From NCBI GenBank assembly GCA_000708835.1, contig DF237024.1, forward strand, positions 62,001-126,000: 64,000 bases of DNA, written 5' to 3'. The DNA is from Klebsormidium nitens. Lineage: Eukaryota > Plantae > Klebsormidiophyceae. A program made the translations under genes and the position numbers. The notes under the pieces were generated by a model. That model made no database searches. It was not told where the DNA came from and worked only from the letters and a program-made list of their open reading frames with translations. Shown piece after piece: positions 11,896-28,629 of the stretch. Positions within the stretch are counted from its first letter, which is position 1; each line of letters begins with the position of its first letter.

Positions 11896-12653
11896 TGTGG
11901 CTGACATACTATCCAACCAATGTGCGAGTAAAAGGTCAGCTATTTCAATAAGAGGCAGACCTTATTCAACAGGATTCCAGCATTGCTCTCCTCCTCAACT
12001 GGATAGAGCCGCCTAGGAGCCTCCTACTGGCAGCTGCAGAGCTCCCCTCCGAGTTTCGAAGTTTCTCTTCTTGCTGCTGAGCACTGCTTTTTAACAGGTT
12101 GCTGGTGCCACCACCACTCACTGCACAGTCTGCCACAGTACGTCCACTGCCAGCGTTCACAAGACGACACCGCAATGATGACGTCACTAGCTACCCATAG
12201 CCTATGATCATGTGGCTTGATGGCAAAGCTTTCAATGCAAACTAGCATGAAGAGGCTTCGATTGCAGGTGCTTCAGGATTTTGTAAGCAGCAAGACTGGT
12301 TCTTTACAGGGGACATAAAAGCTAGTTAAGTTAACTTAAATGAGCGGGCTCTCTTGCCAAAGGTATCAGCAGTCTGCTCATGCACCCCCAAACGGCCCAA
12401 GTTACGAAAGGGTACGAAACCAGGGGTGTTTAGAAACAAGCTGCTTTATCCGGGCAAGTCCCTTTTCAACCTTGGAGCCAATCACAGGAGGCCGTGTGGA
12501 CCTAAAAAGCAACTTATTGGTTTGCGGTAAACCAGAGCGCTGCTTGCTGCAGGTTTCCGCCTAACCCTCCACCTTCAGAATTCTGAATCAAGGTTCAAGG
12601 TGCTTCACGTACAATATTGAGCTGCATTTTGGAAGGGCATTTTGAACGCAAAC

Positions 12654-18505
<5,852 letters not shown>

Positions 18506-20069
18506 GCTCACGAATCTGGTTTTGTATGCCACGTGTCGAAGGCGGGCTGGGAGTTGGACAGACGCTGGCGTGCAATGCATTGAATAAGTCACGGCTTGGG
18601 AGCCTTACCTCTGTCCTCGTTTACGTTTCATCCTGTCGTTGCTGCTCATGGCTTACGCGGAGCATCCAAGCGGCCCGTAATTGATGTAGCCGAAAAGGAC
18701 GCTCTTAGTTGAGAATGTTAAGAACATCAGTATATGTAAACGCCATTGTTTTCCAAGAGTCTATTTCTTGAAGCTTTTTATGCCTTTGTCGACTGCTGAA
18801 CTGCCTGACTTGAGAATATGGGAGCTCGAGTGCATTATCTGGCCGGTATATTGTCTATGTACGACTTTCCTTGCGATCAATCAGAGGTCGAGCTCGTCTG
18901 ATTAGACCTTCAATGTCTGTTGACTCCAACGTTCAGCCAGTGCAGGGTCCTGGCAGGCCGCCCCGTCTTGAATTGAACTAAAGTCGCACTGTCATGACGT
19001 TCTCATGCAGATTCGTACTGCCAGAAATGGAATCATGCATCGAATCGCCCGTACACTGCAACTGAATTTCGACAGCGTGGCACTGCCACCCCAATGCCAG
19101 AGCCATGCCGGCAAGTTTCCACTAGCGGCCGTCGGCGTGGCCGGCGGGCAATGCAACCGTCCTGACTTGACAAAAGAAAAACGTATATGTGACAGGTTTT
19201 CAAGCATGCGCCGAGTGAGGCGCTGTACTTTGCCATTTTGAAGCGAAGAGATTTTTTGCGTACACATGGCGGCATGAGGTGCAATGATAGCGGCAGTGGT
19301 TCCCGCACTTGGGCCGCATGCAGCCAGTGTAAGCCGCCGCCGATATACAATGATTCTACTTTTAGTATTGGATTGTCGCCGCGCTCTATTTCGAGAGCAG
19401 CGGATTGGAGCTCCTCGACGCGCTCATTCTCATACCGTACGACATAATATGATAAATGAAAGTTCGGTGTGTACTTGATTCACTAGCTGGCACTTGACGT
19501 GGCTCAGCTGCACGTCATTGCCGGATTGCATGAGGCTACCTTGAGCCGCGCCATGATCGAGACGAATTTCGCCGGGTCGTTCAATTATGCAAGCTTCCTC
19601 CACCGGCCTGAGAGCACGTGTCAGGCGGGCCATATGCCAGCACGATATTCGCGCGAAGCAGCTTATACCTTAAGCTTAGACGTGCACCGCACTGACTAAC
19701 TTGATTGCAATCATGACCGCCTACAAATGTTTGTTTCACAGCATGCGAAATGGAAACCGAAGCGAAAGCCACATTGACCGCAGTCGCAGAACCAATACGC
19801 ATGATCTGACCATATGTCGTCCCCAGAACAGATTCTTCACCTTGGCAGAGTTTGAGCTCCGATGCATTCGGCTTCAATTACTTGCCGTTCTAAGGAATTG
19901 ATCGCAAAATTTGATGCCTTGCAGATCTTCACTGCGTCCTTGATCTGCCTTTCTACGCTACTCTGCCAATCCGAACCGTCCACATACCTCTACGTACCGA
20001 CGATCCTTTGGAGGCAGCGTGAAACAGTCTTTTCTCTCTTTTCCGTGTCGGTATACTCTATCTACGCCC

Positions 20070-22513
20070 TCAATCGTACGCTTTCTTGGCCGCCGGCCGC
20101 TCCTTCACTCTCTGGTACCATTCGTACGTCCTCGGGTAGTTCTCCTGGTTAAGCACCTTAACCCGGGGGTTCTCTGCCAGAATGTACACAGCGAAAAGTA
20201 AGCTGATGTCCACGGCTGTGAAGTCGCCCCCCACCACGCCCCCCGGGCTCTCCTCGAGGCCCTGCTCGAGAGCCCGCAGCGCGTCTATGGTCGCGTTCTG
20301 GTACCTGCAAAGCAAAGAAGAAGTTGTGCTAACTTCACACAAGCATAATCAGTTATCGACGAGTACGGTTCATCTCGTCAATCAAACGTCACGAGATGCA
20401 ACAGCCCGGGTTCCGAGATTGTGTACAGAACGCAGGTCAAGGACTTTGATAAAAGCTGGATTAGTTCCAAGACATTGCGACGACCGAGGTTTGGGACGCG
20501 GCTTAAGCGAATGCATTGACGTTCCTTCTACCGAACGGGATGGAAGATTAATCGATTGAAGGATCGCCCGGTATGCGTTTTCCTGATGAACCCTCGTCTG
20601 GGCTCACTCTGGGCGTATGATCTGCTCATCCTCCGCAGATATTTCAGTGCAATCTCAGTCCCGCAAGGAAACAGCAATCGTCAGAACGTTTTCCATCCAT
20701 ATTTGGGATCTCCAGAATGTGACAATCATTCAAGCACTTCAGATCGGTGCTGTCTCTAGGAACCTTTAATCAGATCGTGGTGTCAGCACAGGACAAAATG
20801 AAACTCTACGTGCAATACAGGTCGTGAGACGAAGAGGCAAAGACCAAGATGAAACACCAGGACTTTTCACCAGGATTATTCTCTCAAAATGAATAGCTGA
20901 TTGTTTGCGCGCGCACATTTCCGCGGCTTTGGCGTCGCGCTCCTCTTCCGGCAGCAGCGCGACGTGCCGCAGCCAGCCCCCGAGCGGAACGGACAGCGAC
21001 GTCTCGCTCCACGTCAGCCACTTCAGGAAGTCGGCACGTGGCACCCTCTGATTGACGGGCGGCGCCAGCTTGTGCTCGCGGTCGTACTGCTCCAGGAGGT
21101 ACTCCATGATGGCGACTGCGCGCGCGAAGAGACGGGAGTCTTCGTGAGTTACTATTATTCAAATCCAACTTGATGTCGCGTTTTCGGGGGGGGAGAAAAA
21201 AGCGTTCGGTTGTTGTTGCATGCGGTGTCCTTCCGTGTGCCGCACGCGACTACCTGAGCATCGTACTTTCATCTGTTTATCGGCGGAATCGTAAGCCCGT
21301 TCATTCAGGGAACTTGGCGATCTGAATTGCCGGTTTACATTCTCTGAAGCAACTCGGATTAGAATGCTCCTGCATACTTCGCTCATTTGGTAAACGATCA
21401 GATTGTTGGGCCTCTGAATGAGTCGGAAAACCGCTCGTTATGCCACGTTTCTCGCATTAAATCTCCGCAACGGTCCTGACAACCGTCAGTGTCATTGAAA
21501 AAGGTCTTAGCCCCCTCCTAGCTGCATAAACGACCGTCTGTGAACCCAGAGCGGTTTGCAAGGATTCAGACTCTTCCAGATGACCAGCCGTTCAGCGCCC
21601 GCTGGAGCTGAAGCAACGCTTGATCACGGCGACATATAACCTCGAGGAACACTCACTTGATTCCTCCATCACGATGTCGCCGTCTTTGATCGTCGGGAGC
21701 CGTCCCTCGGGGTTGATCCGCGAGAACTCGGGGTCGTTTCTGAGGACGCCCCGGTGCTCCTCGGGGTTTGGCACCCGCTTCACCTGCAAAGTGATGATAA
21801 GATACGGTGAAATAGCTACGCTCAGTCGTCTGCCACGTGGAGACAGAACATTTCGCAGTGCGCTGAAGCGGGAAAGGGGCCTTCCTGCTGTGTTACTTCT
21901 TGCGTTTTTGAAGCATCCTGAACAGTCTCTATCATGAACAGTTGCACGTGTGCTGCGAACTTGTGAACACGTTGAAGCCTTTGATGCTTCTTTTGCTAAG
22001 GAACGCCCAATACACGTTTGCCAGATCCGTGCCTAAACCCGCTCAAATCAGGCAAGGTTTCAGTTTCCGTTTCTCAGAGCCCATTTAAGCTTGAGAAGCA
22101 TGCACGAGGCCGGTCCGCCTCGCAGAGTTGCCGAGCTCACAACGGTGCATACAAAAGCATACTCAATCAATGCATCCGATACCAAACAGGATACTCAAAT
22201 TTCTCTGCTCGAGTTCGCATCTGGAAGATACTTTTGATTGACTATATTGCCATCAAACTGAACGCAAAGTAGCTCGCTTCTGAGAGGTTCGGAACAGTTT
22301 TCTGAGCAAAAGCGTTACTGAAAGCAGAGCTGTCTCTGCCTTCTTTATTACCCCCCAAGAAGGGAGTGTCTTTGGAGAACAAAGTGAAGCTCCTATTCAC
22401 GGTGGAAAGAAGCTTACTTTGTACGGCAGCCCCAGCTCCTCTAGCAGGAAGACGACGCGCACCGACCGCGTCGGCGGGCAGTGGTACACCAGGATGTCCG
22501 GGCCGTCCGCCAT
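20070..22513 (-). CDS. Glutathione S-transferase, bacterial/GTT1-like, 4 exons
   Basis: Exons 22513-22418 MADGPDILVYHCPPTRSVRVVFLLEELGLPYK; 21783-21657 ..INPEGRLPTIKDGDIVMEES; 21115-~20917 IAIMEYLLEQYD..FLKWLTWSETSL; 20304-20070 ..GGDFTAVDISL..YPRTYEWYQRVKERPAAKKAYD*. The cis-Pro (RLPT), ES motif and N-cap (FTAVD) of the GST fold are present. Confidence 0.93.
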
Positions 22514-22514
22514 G

Positions 22515-22660
22515 CGTCCGCAGCTCTGCGCAGATGACTGCACGCGTCCGCAGCTGTGCGGCGCAGATGTCCACACGTGTCCGCAAGTGTGCGCAGATCT
22601 TTGCAGGCGTCCGCAGCTGTGCGCAGATGCCTACACGTATTCGCAGCTCTCTTCGAAGAT
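22515..22660. repeat. 30-bp minisatellite (~4.5 units) abutting the GST start codon
   Basis: Units cgtccgcagctctgcgcagatgactgcacg / cgtccgcagctgtgcggcgcagatgtccacacg / tgtccgcaagtgtgcgcagatctttgcagg / cgtccgcagctgtgcgcagatgcctacacg / partial. Confidence 0.9.
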
Positions 22661-23529
22661 GCCAAGAGAACAAGTTGCGTACTGGGAAGATTTTGCTGGC
22701 TACTTGTTGCGAGGTGCCCAATGATGCGGCACACCCTAACATGACTGGCGGTAGGACCCACATCTGCAAGCAAGATTTCGCGTGGCGTCTTTGTTGAGCT
22801 GCTACGACGGGGGTGTGAATGACTCTCCCAGAAGTACCTCAAAGAAAGCGCACGCAAGGCCTCGGTCGGAACGAAGCAGCTCGGGTGACTCGATTCGAGA
22901 TTGCTCTCAAGGTGATCGATTAGCTTGCTGAGCCTCTGAATACTTAGGATGGTCCCAACCTTGGCGCACTCGCAATCGAAGCAGTCCTCGATGACTCGCT
23001 TCGACGATTGGGCTGCCGCACAAGTCGCGTTCGGTCGCGCGGGTCTCAAGCCGCGCAAGCAGAGACGATGGGTGCATGCAACATGCGCCTGATGAGGTCG
23101 ACCAGGCTCAGGATTCCTTCGCGTCCGCTTGGGGCAGAAACCGTTCGTTCGGCGCTTTGGTTGATCGCACTCACCTTAGCAAGCTTTCAGTTGCTGAGTT
23201 CCAAATTCTCAGCTTGTGACAAGCAGTGGGCCAGATTTGCATCAAGTATCTGGGCGGGAAGAAAGTTCTTGTGGCGATCGAAAGGGACTTAATCGGAGAA
23301 GATTGTACGATGTCATGTGTTTATTCTGGGGCACTCCTACCATTTAGCAGCGGGCACCAGTGCAGATCAGCGTGCAGGTCAACAATGGCCCTTCAGCGGG
23401 AAAGTGCATCTGGTCAGGAACACTACCAGCTTGCAAGCGTCTCTCGAGGGGTTAGGGAAGGGAGTAGAGAAAAGGGACATATCTTAACATCGATCTTTCG
23501 AAGCGCGTATGGCAGGTGGAGCTTGCAGA

Positions 23530-26500
23530 ATGGAAGGGGCGAAGAAAGACCTGTCAATCGACGATGACTATCAGTCGTGCGTCTTCTTGATAACCAATGC
23601 AGGCTTTGCCAAGCGGAGCAAGCAGGAGTTTCGGACCCTTTCGCAGGAGCTCGAGTCGTACGGCCCCGGACTGTCCGGATGGTTCGAAGTCTACGCAGCC
23701 AATCCCGGAAGTGGGCGCCCGTCCCCCATTTTTTTGCGGGTGGTAAACGCATTTCTTGAGAGGTGGTCGCCCGAAAATACACTGAAGGAGTCGGAGGGCT
23801 TCAGCTACCACGCGGCGACCACCAGCTTTCACATAAGCCGCGAGGTTTGGGAGGGTTTGGACGCAGGGTTCAGGCGCGACTTTGACGCGGCGCGGGAAAG
23901 ATTGGGGTGAGCACATTTGAGAGCTCCGCGCTAGAGAAGTCCGTTTTAATTCGTGTGCTAATCCAGACAGTAAAGGCGGGGCTGAAATATATTGAATTCC
24001 TTGGAAAAGAAGCAGGGAGAACATCTTACGACGAGGAGTGCGTTCGCTTCGTTCTGGGAAGCCGTATTAGGAGTAAGAAACCGGAGCAATTTGCGAACGC
24101 CACAGGCCGCTTTCAATCGCGTTATCTTGACAGCAGAGTATCCTTTCTTCCTTCCAGACTCACTGCATTAGTCGGCCATGCCTCTTCTTCAAGGGCCAAT
24201 TAACATATTGACTTCCCATCGGCGTGCAACTTTGCGGAAGTAGACTGCTCTCCTCGGCTCGCTCCTGAGTACTGACTTCAATATTCACAGCTTATCGTCG
24301 CCTAGTTCTGACGTTTCGACATAATCCCACCAGTATTTGGTTATCTCCTTCCGACTCCACTGCAAATCAGCAGCTGATTGTAACACCTTTTCCTTTTAGT
24401 TCAGTTCAAGCAAGGTAGAATCTGTTGTTCTGAAAGCGCCGTTTCCACGATGATCTCCTATTCTATCTTGACAAAGGAGGGCAAGAAAGCTTACCAAGAC
24501 AGCGAGCGTTTGACACAGGAGTTTTTGGCCCTTAACCATGGTTGGTTATGAGCTGCTTGTGGGCTGGTTAGAGAGTAATCATGTGTCCGATAAGATGACT
24601 TGGGCGGTAACCAGCCCCGGAACAAGTTCAAAGCCAGGTTATCTTTCCATTAACCAGAGACTCAGTCCGGTAACCCGCCTGGTTAGCAGCCAAAACTCCA
24701 TGTGTGAGGGTGATCACTCCTTTGCTCATCTCCACTCTGTTTCCGCGCGTGCAGGAAGCCACTGAACTCGTGTGTTTCGATGGCAAAGATCTTGACCCTG
24801 ATGATGGTCGATATCGAGCGGAACAGAAAGGTTTGGCTGGTGAGATCCCAGGCGCGTTTATTCCGGCATTCTCGATCAGGAATGATCCGGGAAGGTCCGT
24901 TGCAAGACTCAAAACAGAACCTACCAACTTTGGCATCGGGCCATTTAAACACACAGAGAAAGTCCAAGAAGAGGGTAACAAGGATTGAAAATGCTCTTCC
25001 AGTGTCTCTTTGAAAGAAACTCACCAGGTATTGGAAGGGTTTGTGTTCGTAGATTAAAACCCTTCAGCGGAAAGCTCTCTGCTTCGATTCGACAACCGTT
25101 AGCTTGCTCTAGCTGACGACGAACTCGGTAAAAGGATTCATCAACTCTGCTTCTACCTCCCCCTCTGACGATGAAGCATCAAAAATTTCGCTATTTCCTG
25201 GCGCAATCCGGTTATGGCTCTCGCATCAATCCAGAAATCAAATCGTCAGCCGCCGGACGCGCCGATTTCGGACGCTCTGCGGCGGACGCCTTTCGGACGC
25301 ATCCTGGAGAACGGGGCCTACGCGCCGCCGCCAGACTGGTCAACCATCTTGCAAGGGTTTGCGGGAGGCGGCCGCGGCGTAGTGCCGCAGGGGGCCGCTT
25401 CCAAAAAGGTGTGAACTCAAACCTATAATGCCTTGCCGCGAATGCTAAGTTTCGATTTAAGTTCTTGGCCACAGACTGGCGCGCTCTACTCGAAAGCTTT
25501 CAGGGAGGCGGCCGCGCGGCCGCGCTGCGTGATGCGGCCGCGCCGCGTGATGCGGCCAGGGAATGTCCGGTGCGTTAGCATTCTCAGGTTCCGGGTAGTG
25601 GCTCGCGCTTGTCTTTTGCTCTGGAAAGTCTGGAAATGCTCAAATGAGCAAGCGCCAGCCGGTCTGTAGTCTACAGGAAGATCGACGCAATTTGGTGCTG
25701 ACAGTCGTTGGATCTGTTGATTCCGGTACTTCTTAGCCTCAAGATATCACTTACATTCGCAAAAGTGCAACCGCCGTGTCTTCGCCAAGCAAGTAGAGAA
25801 ACTTGCCAGTGTCCCCGTCCGTTCGAACCTCGCAATCTCTTCAGAGGTTTCTCAACGACAACGACGTTCTCTGGACGTTGCAGATGCGTCTCAGTCACGA
25901 TGATCTTTGATGCGTTTGCCGGATGCGACCGCGGCGGCGAGCGCGCCTCCAGAACGCGCGCACCCCCTCCCTTTCTCGCGCGCAGCATGCGCCGAACGCG
26001 GCGCCCCGAGCCCGGGCTCGGTCGTGGAGCCACAAACCAAGCCGCTGAAACCGATTCCGGTGTCTCGACGGAACCGGACAAAGTCTCTCAGGTCTTCCGC
26101 CTCAGCGGTGTGAGAAAGGCGAGTTGCATAAGCTTTAAAGCCGACTGCCGTTTGCGGGCTGATTTGGAGACTCGTTGACGGTCATCCAAGTGAGGAAACC
26201 GAGGATTTGCAATTGAATCGGAAGTCTTCTGAATTTCGCGTTTTGGGGAGTTTGTTTCAGATTCCAGGACTTACCATCCGTTCTTTCGGCCGTCCCTCGT
26301 GAGTTCAATCATACTTCTAGTGTGTGCACGTTTTGTAGAATGTCGAAGTATGAAGCACGCAGAGTTGCAAAATCTACCGACTCGAGGCTTTCTGAGGATG
26401 TCGCCAGCGCACCTGAGGAGCAAGATGTGGTTCGAGCTCCATAAAACACTGTAATATCTAGCACTGCATAAGAAAGGGAAAGTTATATCGCAGACATCCC

Positions 26501-27103
26501 ATAGGCGCCGCCGAAATTCATGTTTTCGAGCGTGATAAGCAAGGAGCCTAGCGAAGTCATCAATCTGCAGTCCTGGTCCGCCCTTGTGACAATTTCAACT
26601 TGACAAAAAAACACTGGCGATGAGGATTGCATTGTCGGGGCTCAACAGCAGTGCTTGACTCGATGAGATTCTATTATCTCGATGGTTTCAAGAGCGTCAA
26701 AAGCGTCCTCGCATTTCACGTTTCCTGATATTCAGACAGACAATATACACTTGCAGGCGGGCCCAAAGCTCCCACAGGAGCCCCCGGCTAAAAGGCATAC
26801 GAGGACTCGGAAGAGAGCCGATCCGATTGGCGATTCAAGCGCGGCCGCGGCCAAGGCGACGCGGCCGCGGCTCCCAAAGCCGCGACCAACAAAGTCGCGG
26901 CCGCCAGAGTCGTGCCAGAAACCGTGGCCGCGACCGCGGCCGAGACCCAGTCGCGTGCGCCGGATCAGGGCGACCCGGTATGGGAGGTGGCCGTGCAGCA
27001 CGTCGCCGCCATGCTCAGGAACGGGGTCCGGGGTCTGTTGCTGGACGGCGCTGAAAGAGCCCGGGACGAGCGGTCGGGGGAAATAGAGGTCGAGAAGGAA
27101 TGA
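23530..27103 (+). CDS. Unknown protein family, copy A (possible frameshift in last exon)
   Basis: Exons 23530-23906, 24755-24839, 25235-25408, a probable exon near 25920-26050, and a last exon ~26756-27103. Clear paralogy with copy B: same intron phases and identical lengths of exons 2 (85 nt) and 3 (174 nt). The 5' and 3' parts of the last exon appear to be in different frames. Confidence 0.65.
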
Positions 27104-28629
27104 TGGACAAAGAAAAGCTTATCGATTCATGGATTTACTGCACAGACCTTGGGGTGGTGCTGAGAAAAGGAGTGTGGCGTTCAAATCAAAAGGCCCTACC
27201 TGCTCTGGTTACTGATTGAGAAGCAGAATCTTGAAACGTATCCCAAAGACGTCTTCTGTGCAGAAGGATGTAGCGCAGCATATAGGTGAAAGGGAACTGG
27301 GGATACACTTGCCGTACAAGCCGCGTAAGAATAGGGTTGAATGCGGACAATTGAGCCATGTGGGCAGCGTCACATGATGCTCGTACTTTTAATGGATCTG
27401 CGCTCACGTTGCTGTGAATCAAGACAACGCACGACGGATTCCAACATCTTCGTCATCGTCTAGTCTGCATCGAATTCATCTCGTCAGGAAAGTGCAAAAC
27501 CGCACAACAAACTTAGCGAACATAAAGTGCATACCGTGAATATATCATGAAGGATCAACAACTTTGTTTTCAATCTGGAAGCGCGCGGGCAGCAAGCAAG
27601 ATCGGCTGTAAAACGCTGTGTACCATGCGGTAGTGATTCCAGTTCAAGGTACTGCGAAGTCTGCTTGGAAAGCCCATCATTGGTGATTTTGTTATGGTAT
27701 CTCGCTGGCAGATCTAGAAAAGGGTCTATGGTGACCAGAGCTTCGAATTTATGCAATTGATAGTCGCGCGCAAACCGTGTTACCGATGGAACATCATAGT
27801 TGCAGAGCCTTTCTTTCAAAAGGTGGTCGAAGCTCTTAAAAATCTGAATTTAACGCCTGATTTGGCAAACAGGCCAAATTTAACATTCCGAGTTCAGTTT
27901 GAAAGAGCGCGCTCAGTCGTAATATGAAGATTCAATCTTCTAACGGAGCCGCCTGAAAGCGATCCCCTGATCTGCCCATTCGGGGGCTTAGAAAGAAGAA
28001 AGAAAGCATCTGCCGACGTAGGATTAATATAAATGACGAACCAAATGCAGCTTATCGGATCAAAGCACTGGTATGCGTTAGCTCGGACTCGACTTACAGT
28101 AGTCGGCCAGGTTTGACCAACCGTACATCTCTTCCCGACACAGTACGGACGAAGCGAGCTGCTGACGAATGCTTGCATGCAAGTTGTTTGGGAAGGGGCG
28201 AATTGTCATGCAGAACCTTGCGCACTTCTCGTGCCTTCCACCGCATGCCCTTCAAGCAAGACATGAACCTGAAACTTGGATCAAAGCGCCAGATTTGAAG
28301 AGCCAACACTGGCCGGACGCACCCGCGGCCCTTTCAAGGGCAAATTCAGCCTAAGCTTCATTCGAGGGGGTGTTCTTTTGAACCCCATCAAGAAGAAAAC
28401 GTTTCAGGGTCACTCATCCAGCGCCGATTCTGCCAGTTAGTTTTACCTTGGAGAGCAGAGAAAGGGCGTGACTATCTTCGAGAATCACTGCGCCCATTAT
28501 TTAGGCTGTGGCTGATTGCAAAGTGGGCTTCGCCTGACACAGAAATACAGGGTTCGTGGCTACAAGGGCATTCATCGGCCCCTTTTGAAGGATTCTTTTA
28601 ATCTGAAAGCAAACGCCCATTTCAACAGG

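Noticed and set aside
18992-19900. Several short ORFs between CPX and GST
   Set aside because: No recognisable motifs, splice-bounded exons or codon bias; likely 3' UTR or intergenic.
22515-22660. CRISPR-like array
   Set aside because: Units are contiguous without unique spacers, and the context is eukaryotic with no cas genes.
22419-22724. Cys-rich repeat peptide ORF (RPQLCADDCT)n
   Set aside because: Overlaps GST exon 1 antisense and derives from the minisatellite; all frames of the repeat are open, so coding is unsupported.
27186-27819. Minus-strand ORFs (111 and 78 aa) between copies A and B as a transposon or viral remnant
   Set aside because: No transposase, RT or viral motif recognisable and no terminal repeats seen; would need a database search.
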